From Basidiobolus meristosporus CBS 931.73 (lineage: Eukaryota; Fungi; Basidiobolomycota), in contig MCFE01000590.1 in the NCBI GenBank assembly GCA_002104905.1, positions 1 to 55,296 of the forward strand: a stretch of 55,296 nt of DNA, given 5' to 3'. The translations under genes and the position numbers were made by a program. Shown in pieces: positions 37,145 through 49,861 of this stretch. Position 1 is the stretch's first letter; the number at the start of each line of letters is the position of its first letter. Below the pieces are notes generated by a model. The model was not told where the DNA came from. It saw only the letters and a program-made list of their open reading frames with translations, and did no database searches.

Positions 37145-38416
37145 TTAAAAGTTCAAAACACGCATCACTAGCTCAGTAGGTGGTGAAGGTGGCGGCGGCG
37201 GCGGGAATACTAGAAAGCAAACCGGGTTATTCATCAACAAATCTTTGTCGGCATTCAACAATATCCCCCATACCTTCTGATCACTGTTCACAGGTACATG
37301 AGAGAAGAGGGTTAGTAGGCAGTTGATGGGACACGGTTCTTGAAACATACCTGTGGGGGTAAATCCTCTAAACAGTGCACTTGCTCCACCTTCGCGGTAG
37401 ATCTCTTGGCCAATGTTGATCACGTAGTTCTTCCCTAATGGCTGCTTCGAGTTCTGGGCCTTGGATTTTATCACGTCTAGTGGGTAACTGGCACACCAGT
37501 AGGAAATACCTCCGCACGATCCGGCGATCATCAACTTCCACACTGGGAGCTCGGTTGGATTCCCACCAGCCGGAGTCAGTGTGCGCTTGGACCGTTTCGA
37601 AACCTGCATAGAAGCCAGCATAAGCCGGTATCTCTCTTAGTACTGTGACCCAGAATCCACGGAATAGCCCATTTCGAAGCCCCCCTTCACGGATCAACTT
37701 TCGAGCGCAATCGATGGGCCCTGAATATGCCCTGTTGATGTCCCCTTTACCGTGGTATTGCCCTTGAAGACGGATCTTCAATAGCTCCACTGGTGATGCT
37801 AGGATGCTGTTGATTGCTCCTATTTGGTTGAGGTGGGTTTAGTTGGCTGCTTCAATAGTATCTTAACGCTATCAATCACCTGCTCCAGCTCCGGCGAGTG
37901 CAATCTGCTTGATTGTTAACGTTTGCTCAGGTTGACTGACCTGGATGAGTTTTAGTCGGGAGTAGGCGGCGAAGAGCAGAGCGTTCACGGCCGAAATCCC
38001 GACCAGGGGCGAGGCCATACCTAACCGTAACATCTGGGTTAGTTGGTTCGAACACCCTCGGACCTTATTGTTCGCCGTTCGTCACCTTTGTACAACCCCA
38101 GGAAACCCTCATGCCTTACGGTTTGGAAAAGGCAGTCGAGCGGGCCCTTGAAACGGCTGCTGGCTCCTTCGATCTGAAGCCGGGTCTGCCAGAAAGAGAG
38201 CCGTTAGATGGGGCCGTCAGCAAATACGAACATTCAAGGCACCTACTTTAACAGTGTCGAGCGGATGGCCGACGAGCACCTGGGCCATACCACCAAAACT
38301 AAACGAGCGTTAACGCGGCTTGGGGAAACCAAGGGAAACCAAGTCCCTTACCTTCCAGCCAAAAAGTCTTTCCAACCCTCCACCAAAATCGCTTTCCCTG
38401 CTTGCTTGTTGGTCAT
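37145..38416 (-). CDS. Mitochondrial carrier family protein (amino-acid/carnitine-type, YMC/CRC-like), multi-exon
   Basis: Translation shows KDFLAG..GGMAQVLVGHPLDTVK, ELLKIRLQ, YSGPIDCARK, LREIPAY and YPLDVIKSK. The last exon appears to carry one extra base. Confidence 0.85.
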
Positions 38417-38740
38417 GTTCAAGAGGAGAACTTCCGGGTGGCAAGGAAGAAACGGGCCCCTACGTGTATTTATTGACCAAAGCGGCGGTCGATACCTGCT
38501 GGAGTGGACTGCTATTCGAATTACTACCGGTCACGTCATTATGGTGGACATTGACGGGATTGTGAGTGATTGCCATGATTACTTACACAAAATCCATTCT
38601 AGTATGACAAATATAATCTACACTTTGGAATCTCCTATCCAAGAAGCTTCCACCCATGGCACACGTGACCTGGCGAAGGTGATCTTCCCAAAGTCACTTG
38701 AAAACCTTATTTCGCTGAGGGACCGAGATCCTCGACACTC

Positions 38741-39660
38741 ATGAAACTCATCCCCACCTTATCCCTCTGGGGCTGCTCGGTTGCCCTGATAAAAGCCCAA
38801 GCACCAACCTGCCCCCTCAACGAAATCTCCTGCACCATACCGAGCAACACTCCAACGAATGCCTGTTGCGCGCCAACGTACGGCCTGGTTGTCTTTGCCC
38901 AGCAGGTAAAATTTCAACACAGCTGTCGTCCGAATCGAGGGAACTAACCCACCATCAAAGTGGCTCCCCAAACAAGGACCCCGAAACGCTTTCACGATCC
39001 ACGGACTGTGGCCCAATTCCTGGTAAGAGAGTAAACTGTTTTGTCAAGGACGAAAGCGGGCTTCGTACTCACAACGACACAGCAACGGGTCTTACGCACC
39101 TTCGAACGGGTGCGACCCCTCGCGAAACTATTCTAACGTAGGGAAGCTTGTGCAACAGCAAAACGCCACTCTGTACCAACAGATGAACACCTACTGGGTC
39201 TCCTACAATGGAGACAACGGCGCCTTCTGGTAACTACCCGACTCTCCATTCTCCAGGCACCATGAAAGTCGTTGACGTTGGAAAATGTAGGACTCACGAG
39301 TGGGATAAGCATGGAACCTGTGTAACCACGCTGGCACCTCAGTGCTTCGGCAAAAACTATCGCAAATACCAGGAAATGATGGATTATTTCGGGACGGTAC
39401 TGGAATTACGTCAACAATATGATGTTTACTCGGCCCTCAGCAGCGCGGGAATCCTCCCCGGAAAAAGTTACCCAAGACAGGCCATGATCCAAGCGGTGAG
39501 AAAATCGCTGAACATCGATCCCTGGTTCCATTGCAAAAACGGGGTGCTGGACGAGGTGTGGCTCTACTTTAATGTCAAGGGTAGAAACCAATATATCCCG
39601 GCCCAGAAGTATTCTGGTAGCACTCAGTGTCCCACCACGATTGAATACCCTCCAAAGTAA
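38741..39660 (+). CDS. Secreted ribonuclease T2 family protein (RNase Rh-like), multi-exon
   Basis: Signal peptide, CCAPTYGLVV, CAS I FTIHGLWP, CAS II HEWDKHGTC, and LDEVWLYFNV. Confidence 0.92.
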
Positions 39661-39928
39661 GCGAATTTTACGCTCCTGGTCTCTATACAGCTGCTTTAAC
39701 CATTCGGATTCCTCTAGGGAAGGAAACCCATCGTCGGATGGTCTCTTGACCAGCCAATCGTCGAAGGTAATCCTAGCGGGTCTGCCCATCCTGTGGACGC
39801 TTCGAATGACGGCTCAGTAAACTTTGATAGAATAGCAAATTCATATATAAAGACTGTATACAGTTATTTATTGTTTGGGATATTCAGTGTATCTAGAATG
39901 GATTTGGAAATTTACAAGTTCACGCCAC

Positions 39929-41719
39929 TTAAGTACGTGCTTCAAGGTTGTTGACGGAAGGCTCGAGGAGATCGTCGGTAATCACCTTGACCAAGGCATC
40001 GAGCTCCTTGCGGACCTGATCACGGTCAGGACCAGTCATCTCGGAATACCACTTGATCTTAGGCTCAGTTCCAGAGGTACGAAGGGTGATAACCAAGGAG
40101 TTCTCCAACTTGAAGGTGATCATGTGGGATGAAGCGGAAACAGGAAGAACGGGCTTCTTGTCATCACGGCTGGTATCGTAACCGATAGTCAAATCACGAA
40201 TGTAAGTGACCTTGACGCCATTGAAGTGGGTGGGATAAGCCAATTCGTAACCGTAATCGTTGTTGGCAGCAACAGGGTTGCCTCCGAATCTAATCTTGTT
40301 GAAGATGGCGTCGATGGTAGGCTTGGAGCGGCAGATGTAGTAGGAGTTGTTGGATACGAAGAATCCGTATTTCTTGTAGAGCTCCTGCAAGTGATCGTAG
40401 ACGGTCTTACCCTCGCTGGCAAGTTGGGCAGCAAGTTCAGCGAAAACAACCAATGCTGAGACACCATCCTTATCGCGAACAACATCCTCTACCATGAAAC
40501 CAATGGCCTCTTCGAAAGCGAACATGGTATCGTAACCCTCGGGTTCGAGTGAGATGGCTCTGTTTCCGAGCCACTTGAATCCAGTAAGAGTCTCCTCGAA
40601 GTAGAAGCCTTCGGCATCGCCCATAGCTTGCAACATCTTGGATGACACGGCACTAGCCAACATGGCACACTTGTTGTTGAATTTGCCGGAAGCCTTTCTA
40701 TCAGCAAGAACCTTGGAAGCAAGGATAGTGCCGAGTTCGTTGCCGGTGAATGTGTACCATGAGCCATCAGCCAAGCGTTGAGAACAGGCCAGACGATCAG
40801 CATCGGGGTCGTTAGCAAGAACAAGTGTGGCGCCGCATTCACTGGCGGTCTTGACGGCAAGATCGAGGGCACCGTTTTCCTCAGGATTGGGGAACTTGAC
40901 AGTGGGGAAATCAGGGTTGGGTACGAATTGCTCCTTTACGACCTCAAATGGCTTGAAGCCAAATCTCTCAAATGCTTTGCAGGAAATCTCGCCGCCAACA
41001 CCGTGCATGGCACTGTAGACGAACTTCACCTTGCTCTCACCGTTCTTGCTCTTGTTCTGGCTAAGCTTCTCAAGGGCATCCAGATACTTGCTGGTCATCT
41101 CCTCGGTGGGGTCAATGCAGAGGTCACTCTGGTCGACCAACTCGCTGTTCCATCCCCAAAGTTCTAGATTCTCCTCGATAGTTTGGGCGATTCCCTTGTC
41201 GTGGGGAGGAATGATTTGGCAAGCATTTTCCCAATATACCTTGTACCCATTGTCATCCTTGGGGTTGTGGGAGGCGGTGATCATGATACCACATGAGGCG
41301 TTCAAGGTTTTAACTCCAAATGGCACAAGTGGGGTATGGACCAATTTGCGGTAGAAGTAGACCTTGACACCCTGGGAAAGGAAGACACCGGCGGTAAGTT
41401 TGGCGAACATATCGGAGTTGTAACGATGGTCGTGACCAATGACAACACCGCGCTCAGCAGCGTTAGGAACAGTCTTGAGAACATATTTGCAGAGCCCCTG
41501 AGTAGCCTGGACTACAGTCAAGTCGTTCATATGAGCAAAACCGGCTTGCATGCTTGAGCGAAGACCAGCGGTACCGAAGGCGATTCTGTTGCGAAGGCGC
41601 TTCTCGAGCTCGTCGAAGTTGTTTTCGTTGACCAGGTTCTCGATCTCGGCGCGGGTCTTAGGATTGCGGTCAAGGCGAATCCATTCTTGAGCAAGCTCTT
41701 GAATAGTTGGGGTGGCCAT
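39929..41719 (-). CDS. PGM2: Phosphoglucomutase-2/phosphopentomutase (PGM2/yeast PRM15 type), intronless
   Basis: Translation shows FGTAGLR, catalytic TASHNP, metal loop DPDADR, FAFEEAIG, RDKDG and RTSGTEPKIK. Confidence 0.92.
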   Translation of the reverse strand: MATPTIQELAQEWIRLDRNPKTRAEIENLVNENNFDELEKRLRNRIAFGTAGLRSSMQAGFAHMNDLTVVQATQGLCKYVLKTVPNAAERGVVIGHDHRYNSDMFAKLTAGVFLSQGVKVYFYRKLVHTPLVPFGVKTLNASCGIMITASHNPKDDNGYKVYWENACQIIPPHDKGIAQTIEENLELWGWNSELVDQSDLCIDPTEEMTSKYLDALEKLSQNKSKNGESKVKFVYSAMHGVGGEISCKAFERFGFKPFEVVKEQFVPNPDFPTVKFPNPEENGALDLAVKTASECGATLVLANDPDADRLACSQRLADGSWYTFTGNELGTILASKVLADRKASGKFNNKCAMLASAVSSKMLQAMGDAEGFYFEETLTGFKWLGNRAISLEPEGYDTMFAFEEAIGFMVEDVVRDKDGVSALVVFAELAAQLASEGKTVYDHLQELYKKYGFFVSNNSYYICRSKPTIDAIFNKIRFGGNPVAANNDYGYELAYPTHFNGVKVTYIRDLTIGYDTSRDDKKPVLPVSASSHMITFKLENSLVITLRTSGTEPKIKWYSEMTGPDRDQVRKELDALVKVITDDLLEPSVNNLEART

Positions 41720-42561
41720 TATGATTAGTTGCAGTAAGGAAGAATGAAATGATATGCTTGGGATTCGTGATCCTCGGAACATTTATATAAGCTGGGCTAC
41801 CCTTCCCAGGATTGGGCCTGGCCAATGAAATCCGTTTTCTGGCGATATGGTCTCGATCAAGCCTATGACGCTTGAAGTTTTTGAAGGGGTTCTATGGATT
41901 TTAGCTCACAAAAATCGGCCACGACCATTGGGATTTGCAGGAATGGGCCAATGATACTGATTAGGAAACATTCACTCGAAGTTCTCTGGGAATTTCCATC
42001 CATCAACACGGCAATCGTAGTGGGTTGCTGGCGGTTACTGGCGGGTCTCTGGCTCCTCCCTCCATTCCAGGCAGCCATGGTTTGTGTTCGAAACTGCCCA
42101 AAAAAAACCCTCTCCTCAGCCTAGTGGAATAGTTACCCCGGCGCCGTTTGGTACACGAGAATATGCGTATGTTCCACATCGTCATTTGGGATCTGACCAA
42201 ATATTTTGAGGTGCCATCATCTGCCTCGTAAAGGAAATCCATTTCACTTGTTGCCATAACTGCGCAACTGTGGCAACCCTGCATCTCCACTGAATGTTTC
42301 CTTATTCGGTATGGGGATAAAACACTGCACTTTCAGGTCGAGACGATGTGTGATGATGGCGAGTTTAGGGAATTTGAATGCATCCTTTGTATGCGTCTCG
42401 TCCATCAAGGTATATATCCATTTTTGGTTGATAACTGCCATTGTCACTAGGTGCCTCATTCCCAAGCCACAATGTACGCTCGTTTAGGGTTCATCCAGAC
42501 TTGGGGTGTTATTTACCTCTTTGAATTCTTAACTTTGGGTACATGAAATAAGTCTGCTATG

Positions 42562-44600
42562 CTACGAATCTTCAGGCGCGTCCTCAAGTATTCCTTCCAT
42601 ACCTTTGGCCACTTTCTCCGCATGCCCCCCGACCCAGTAAATTTTGTTGCATTCTGCACACTCTATGAAGTTGCTCACCTTCTCACATATGGTTTGCGGA
42701 ATCCAATCCTTTCTTTTGACCTGGTTGCTGCGTTGGTTAAAGTCGTTGTACCGGGTCCCTCCGAAATCCTGTCTTTCCTGAATGTCCTCCGGCGTTCTTC
42801 TTATCCATCGGTTTGAATTGCATTTGGTGCATCTACTTAGCAAGTCTCTGGTAGTGACCCGGATATTCATTTTGCCAACAATCTCTGCTATTTGCTCGAT
42901 GGTGGTATTGGCCTCCAACAAGTGCAATCCCGCCGTCTCCAGAGTTGATTGTCCAGTGCTGTGGTCTACACTGGTGTTTCTTAGATGCGAGCAAAGGGCG
43001 CTATACAATGCCTTAGTCTTTGTGAAGAAGGTGCGTGGCGACTTCTCGGAGGTGATCATGTCCAGGATCTGCTGAGGGTTGTCACTTGACGGGATTATGG
43101 TGTCAATCCCACACAGTCGGAGCTTTCGCGCAAGCTTTGGAAGGTTAGGATCAATCAGCAGATGGATTTTGGTGACTGGGTGCTTTTGCTCACCATCATC
43201 TCGCGAGATTTGGCGTGTCCGAGGCATATGTATCTCACGTGTCTTTCTAGGTTTCTCTCTCTTCAATGTGAGTATTGTTGTTGTGGGCTCCATGGCCCTC
43301 TGAAGCAGCACAGATACTTCCGGTACCGATTTGGCGATTATGCTTTGTAAGCTATCAGCAATTTCTAGGAGGCAGTAGGCATCATTGGCTAAATGAAGAT
43401 TAGGATGAGTTTTGTCTTGTTTGAGTTGGTTAAATCCAATTTACCCGCATACAGCATCTGGTCCTGTAGTAAAGGCCTGCGCTCCCAGTCAGAGATCTGG
43501 AATTTCTTGTCAAGTTCGCATTTGAGGACGGCTTTAACGAGAGCAGCTAGCCCATTTCCATTGCACTCCAGGCTGGTTACCTGGCTGAGAAGTGGCTGCG
43601 GTGTTGCTAAATTGATATATTGGCAAAGCTTGCATCCCTCAATCTCTGGATAGCTCTTGCAAAGCATGAAAATATCCGAGCTAAAGTTGTATCCATACTT
43701 GCTCACTTCCTCGGAACAGAAGAGTGAGGTCAGGAATCTGGAGACCGGTTCTCTGGGGAGATTGACTGCGTCCAACAAGTAGATCTTCTCTTCGGTACCA
43801 ATCTGTATAAGAGCACATCGCGTGACATCAGTGAAGGTCATAGGTCGCCATTCACAATCTATTCCAACCCGAGTTACTGATGACCGCAATATACTGATTT
43901 CACATTCCCTTAGGGTGTGCTCGTCAGCAACAAAGATTATTCTGACCTCTTCGGGTTTGCAATACTTTGCCAAAGACATTTCCTTGGCTTCTCTCGCTAT
44001 TTCCTCAACGGCAGGATCGATCGTGATCTGCTCCTTGTACTTGTCGCCGACCTCCTTGCCGAAAAACTGATAGATACCCTTAATATCCTTATACTTGAGT
44101 AGCTGTTGAATGCCAGTGGATGCTAGCTCAGGGTGTTCTGATAGAGCATACTCTATTAGAGTGTCCCAATTTTCGGTGGTTTTGGTTGGTGCGGACTTAC
44201 GGGAGTAGAGCAACCAACGGAAGTGATTGTGCAAATGTGCCATATGGATATTAGGAAACGAGGTCAACTCCAAGTTGTACTCCGAAATGAGCTTCTTCGA
44301 GAATTTAATCAAACTGCTTGGCTTCGAGATCTCCTCCTCCTCAGCCGGAGTTTGCTCCACAGGCCGCTTGGCCTCTGCACCTGCCAAGTAAGCATCAATA
44401 CAAGCCAGCTCCTCCATAACCGTTTCCCTGGCTATCTCTGGTAAAGGGGACTCACGTTGGGCTTTTCGCACCAACCTTTGACATATTCCCAATGCTTTCG
44501 AATATTGACCCGCCTCCAAAGTGTCCCTTAATTCGTTTATTAAAGTAGCAGAATCAAAAGTAGGTGCTTCTACTGGGCTTGTTTCTGGGATATTGCTCAT
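42562..44600 (-). CDS. EXD3: Mut-7/EXD3/Nibbler-like 3'-5' exonuclease with Mut7-C domain and zinc ribbon (one intron ~43390-43445)
   Basis: Motifs: ExoI VGIDCEWRP, ALIQIGT, QISDWERRPL..Q..YA|ANDAYCLL across the intron, Mut7-C LLIDPNLPKLARKLRLCGIDT, and RCTKCNS...CAECNKIYWVGGH. Confidence 0.85.
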
Positions 44601-45150
44601 CAATACTTCAAACTTAATTCTATCTTTCTCAGACAGCCCGATATATATTCTGACCTGTTCACACAACTGTGCAGCAGCTAGATGGATCCCATCAAATGCG
44701 TCATTCTGACACGTGCAACCTATGCTCGAGTCAAGCCACGACCACTACCCACTGCCCACTGCAAAAAAAACGATTCTTAGAAAATCCGGAATATCCATGA
44801 ATAGCCGTCTGCCCGCACTAACTGCGGTTTGAATCAGGTGACATCAGCGTTCGAAGTAAATGCTTGATGTATACTCTGCAACGGATATACCTTTTTGTAT
44901 ACTCCAATTGACATATTCGGGCGACAAGCTGGCTACGTGTGTCTTGATCCTGTTCATTTCCTAATTGGTGCAGTTCCTCAATCCTTTAACTAGTAGCGCA
45001 GGACGGCTTTCGAGGTTAGCATTCAATTTCTTTCCTTACCACCACTAGTTTAATTGATATATCTGACTTTGTATGAATTAGGCCGAACGTGCCTTCAGCA
45101 TTAGACTTGAAGTACTTTAAAGTATTGCCTCCTGTATAAGTATAAACTCA

Positions 45151-46460
45151 ATGGAGCCAAAAGACGACTCTCTGGTCGTCATAAACGTAGACAGCGGCCA
45201 AGAGCCAGGCTTGTCCGATCACTCAACGACAACTACAATACGCACCGAGCCAGCCGCTCGACCCAATCCTGATCTGAACAGAAGCCAGAACATTGCCAAT
45301 GACACACAGCGCTTGTATGCGTCTGCGCTAGCTACGTCCACTACCAGTTTCCCACGTACACCGTCAGTACACAATGCCGTAATAGCAAGAAGAAACATCT
45401 TATCCCACATTAGAGATAGCTATCGAGCTATATCACGCACAAATCGCATCTTGCTTATTATCACTTCGACATTCTCAATTTCGCTGGTAAGCGCGCGCTG
45501 TCTTCAGATTCACAAAGCGGATCGACTCTAATATTTCTGCTCAGGTTACGGCCATGATAGTTGTATTGATTGTTTCTCGCGACAAACCTTGCGATAGGCC
45601 CTTACGTGTCTTTTTGATCTTGTACGTCATCAAGTTCGGCTTGGGGATACCTTTGACGTTGGTCCACTATTTACATCCTGATGGACGTTACCCTCAATAC
45701 TCCTCCAACGTTTGGGTTCAATGGACCGACCGGTGAGCGCACCTTTGATTGGTACATTGACCGCTTTGTCTAATTTCCATTGCCACGGTGTTCTAGGATG
45801 AAATCATTACTTGATTTTCTTGGCGTTTTCTTCTTCATCATGGGGAACTATTTCTTGTTTACGAGTAATACATGTGAGAGGACAGCACCATCCTTATTTG
45901 GGATGAGCCTTGCCATGATTATAATGGGATACTTCATGGTGGCAATACCGGTTTTACTGTGTGCTACGGCGGTGTTTTGCTTGCCCTGTGTCCTGGTGGT
46001 CCTGAGAGCCCTTCATATTGGACCAGACAGCAACACTGGAGCTAAACCTGAGGAGATCAAATCCATCGCACTGTTAAGGTATCGGCACGGGGGTCCCACG
46101 CAATGCTCCATTGCCAACAACCAGCATCCGAATATTTCCTCGGTCGGTTTCTCACAGAAATTCGCATTTCTTCGTAAACTTCGGTTGAGGTTTGGGCAAA
46201 AGAAAAAGCATCACGTGGATGATTTCGTTGACAAGAATGAGATCTCAAACCTACCCGAGTTCAGGGTTGCCGATCCGGAAGATGCGGTGTGTGTGATTTG
46301 TCTCGAGGAGTATGGTGATGGCGATCTAGTCCGTAAGCTGCACTGCAACCATCATTTTCATCAACCATGTCTTGATGAATGGTTGCTAATCAACAAGTTC
46401 TGCCCGTTGTGTAAAGCCAGTGTACTCCAAGGCAAAAACGAAACGTCCGAAGAGCCTTGA
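45151..46460 (+). CDS. Transmembrane RING-H2 E3 ubiquitin ligase, multi-exon
   Basis: Hydrophobic segments with CDRPLRVFL, and a C-terminal CVICLEEY..LHCNHHFHQPCLDEWLLINKFCPLCK. Confidence 0.88.
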
Positions 46461-47738
46461 GTGGTTGTACATATTTCCCAAGCTCAGCGATTCCTTCTAT
46501 ATGGCGAGGAAGATGTATGTATTTCTAATCTTTTTATGGTAAAAATGTTGGATCCCAATCACGATATCAATACTTAGCATGTAGCTATCAAAATAAAGGA
46601 TTATGCCACGTTTTGGCAGGTTTTTAATTGGGTACCCACTAGTGCCTCAATGAGACGATGCTGCTGAATTGTGACCGGGATTCCACCGCCTCTATTAATG
46701 ACGTAGTGGTTGAATCCCTGACAATGATGTCTGTCATTAGATTTGATCAAAGCGGGATTCTAGTATTAAATAGAGACATTGACGTATGTATTTGTGTGTA
46801 TATATGAAATTGTGCAATAGTCCCAGTGCTCAGCCCAAATTCTCTGATCTCAACTTTCAGCCTACTACTATTCCAAGAATTCGATTGTTACTGTCAGATT
46901 GTGCATGGTGTAGGAACTTCAAGCAAGCACAAAGAGTATCCCGGAATCATTGGGCATCCCGTGGGATTGCTTGAACATCGAAGCACACCTTCAGATTTCC
47001 ATGAAATTCTGTTAGTCCACTTTAGCACGCTACCAGCCAGGGCCCAGATCAATGGACCACTTGGTGGATAATGGTGGGAAATATGCACTGAGACTTGCAC
47101 TCGCCTCGTCTCCGGAAAAGGTTTCGTTCACTTAATTTGCATTTAGTGGAAATCGTGCAGGGGCAAAACAACCAACGCAGATTTATTAAAGTTTCATCTC
47201 CATTGCTTGGGTCACTTTGGAAAAGTGGCATCGGTTTGCTATTTAATATACCCTATTTGATGGCCAGGTTTAGTATAAATAGAAACCCTTCAATTAACCG
47301 AAGCTTATACGGTATAGAGTTGTGCTTGGGGCAAAGGTCCCCGCACTATGTACGATTTGTTTACTGCAAGTGTAGTCTAATCTTAGTGTGCCTACATACT
47401 AGACAATTAATGGCTCAATATTGTTTGACGAGATAGAATGAACCATTTTCTACCCTCGCAGGAATATCAGTGATGTATGATCAACCGACCATATTCGCTC
47501 TGGTAACAGAAAGCCTTCATTGATATTGCAACGTGGCGCTGTTAGAGCTGATACTGCATTCAAAGTTGTTCATTTGTTCTTTCACTTGGATCGGGTTTAT
47601 AGTTAACATTTGCATTGGTAATTCGTTGGCTTTATTGTAGCGATCATATTCAGTGAAGGATGGTAACTTCTTTTCATGCTCTTCAGGTGTGCTCCTCTCG
47701 GTGGGTTTTACATAGAGCTGTTGACTATTCGGTGATCA

Positions 47739-48239
47739 CTAGCAATTTTTTGTACATTGCTCAGTTTGAGCTGGACAGTCATTAATGCACTGGGTTGTCT
47801 TGATAGGTGCTGAGTACTTTACTTCTTGAGCGGGCTGCATATAAACGTAAGGATACTCGTTACCGGAATGCTCAGCTCCCTTCCGCTTGGCGTACTCTGA
47901 AGCACCAGCCGAGCCCTCCAGCTCGAGACTGGGGCCTGCTTGATATTTGATGCCCAGACCTCTTCTTCTTTCGGCATGGGCAACATTTAAGTTGTCATGT
48001 TTTCTGGTGACCGTGGTGATTATCTGTCTCAACAACGGGACCTTGGCCACCGGAGCCGATGGAAGTACGAATGTTCTCCCATTGGGGTAGCATGGTATCG
48101 CTTGTTGTCCGCATGGCACTTGCTGAAGGTAGACCTTTTTGAATGGCCGAGTGTATTGTGTGCTGTAGCCAGCAGGAACAGCGGTGACTACCTCAAGAGT
48201 AGCCAATCCCAAGATAGCAGCCAAGACGCGGAAGTTCAT
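47739..48239 (-). CDS. Hypothetical small secreted protein
   Basis: Signal-peptide-like MNFRVLAAILGLATLEVVTA, an open frame of ~166 codons and a Cys-rich tail; no recognised domain. Confidence 0.6.
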   Translation of the reverse strand: MNFRVLAAILGLATLEVVTAVPAGYSTQYTRPFKKVYLQQVPCGQQAIPCYPNGRTFVLPSAPVAKVPLLRQIITTVTRKHDNLNVAHAERRRGLGIKYQAGPSLELEGSAGASEYAKRKGAEHSGNEYPYVYMQPAQEVKYSAPIKTTQCINDCPAQTEQCTKNC

Positions 48240-49861
48240 TGCGATAGATGCGACTTGTGTTAGTACGCCTCTATATATATCGTTAAAACCCATCTATCAG
48301 AGTTGGAGCTTATTTAATTAGCACCCAACTGCTCAGCGCTTTATTAGACTTGGTTGCTTGTTGAACGAGTGGATTTTGAAAGCCTAGCAAGTACATGTAG
48401 ATATATTGTGTGGAATCGATGTAGCTACCAACTACTACACGTAATATGCAATCCTTCATGCTGATTGTTTTCTCCGGTTTGGTTGTGATCAGGGCTTACT
48501 CAAAGTGAGGGTTAGCCACGGCATGCTGCATAGTCAAATATGGCACTTCAACATAGAAATTTCTTTTCCATCATCCAGAAATAAACCAACACTTACAACA
48601 GTATCTCTAATCAGCCGAGTAGATGGCTTGTAACCGAATCATTAGGTTCCCCACTATGGCCAACTCGTGGAAGACTATCTCTGTGGTGATAGGATTCCCA
48701 TCAGCTGCAACATTTGTGTTTTAACCGATGTTTCATTTCCCAAACAACATGGCTACGAACTAGTTGGTCAGACCATATTGAGGCGCACTATTGGCGGGTA
48801 GTATACATGAGGTTGGCGTTGCTGACTGATACGAGTATAGATCAGTGTGCATACGGAGATTGCCATGATTTATTTATGCATTGTATACAGTATTATGGTG
48901 ATGATTGCAAGTATCATAAATTTATGACATGAAATGAAGTTTGCCATGCTACCACCAGGCAAAATTCCAATTATTCTAAGATCACCCCGAGAATTGCAAC
49001 AATGATCAGGAAACATTACATTGTTTTCTCCATCTGTATCACGCTTTGATCATATTTCCTATTCAAAAGATTCATACTCCGAAACATGATGGGACCTGCC
49101 AATCGTTGATGTTCTGTTAAAACGCATGCTGAGAAGAGAAGATTTCCACGACTAGCCTGCATAAGTAAAGTTCCAACTCAGAAGAGAGGGGCTGTACTCG
49201 ATAGTTCTCTCCAACTCATTCCAATTAAGTAATTTAACTTACGTGCAACTGAGAAGTAAGACTTGTGATGGGAACTGTTCTCATGCCCAAAGTGATTGGG
49301 CGTTCATAGCTGTTGAAGTCTCTAATAACAGGGGAAGTGACGTTGACTTTGATCAGATTCATTGGGGCAGTACCTATCATTGGACCTTCGTAACCAGCAA
49401 ACCCCGGCCAATTAGGTGCACCATTCCGGTATACATTGCCGTGCTAGATAAAGAAACAACCTGTGCCAGAGTCATCGGGGTGTCTTTTGTATCCTTGATC
49501 TGATTCACACCTAACTTTGATGTGCTGGTTGAGGAAATGTTGTCGGGTCATTCCCTACCCAATCAATATGATGCCGCTCCATTGAACGCGGAAAAGGCGG
49601 GGATCGTATATTACATAACGTTACCAAGTCGCGTCATTAGTTTTGCCACAGGGTAAAGCCGAATCGGCATAACTAACTAGAGTTGTGCCTGCTTATTAGT
49701 AATGACCACCAATCACACTGAGAAGTGACTGGGCCAGGATGCGTAAGTGCATTTCGCATAGCTGCCTGGTCAGAGAGCCAATGAAACAGTGGTGGAAAAT
49801 CAATCAATATAAAGCACAGACCATCATCCAACTATCCCCAAACTACGAGTAACTCTTTATC

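Noticed and set aside
46786-47436. Short ORFs between the RING gene and the secreted protein
   Set aside because: They overlap on both strands, have no motifs and show no evident splice structure.
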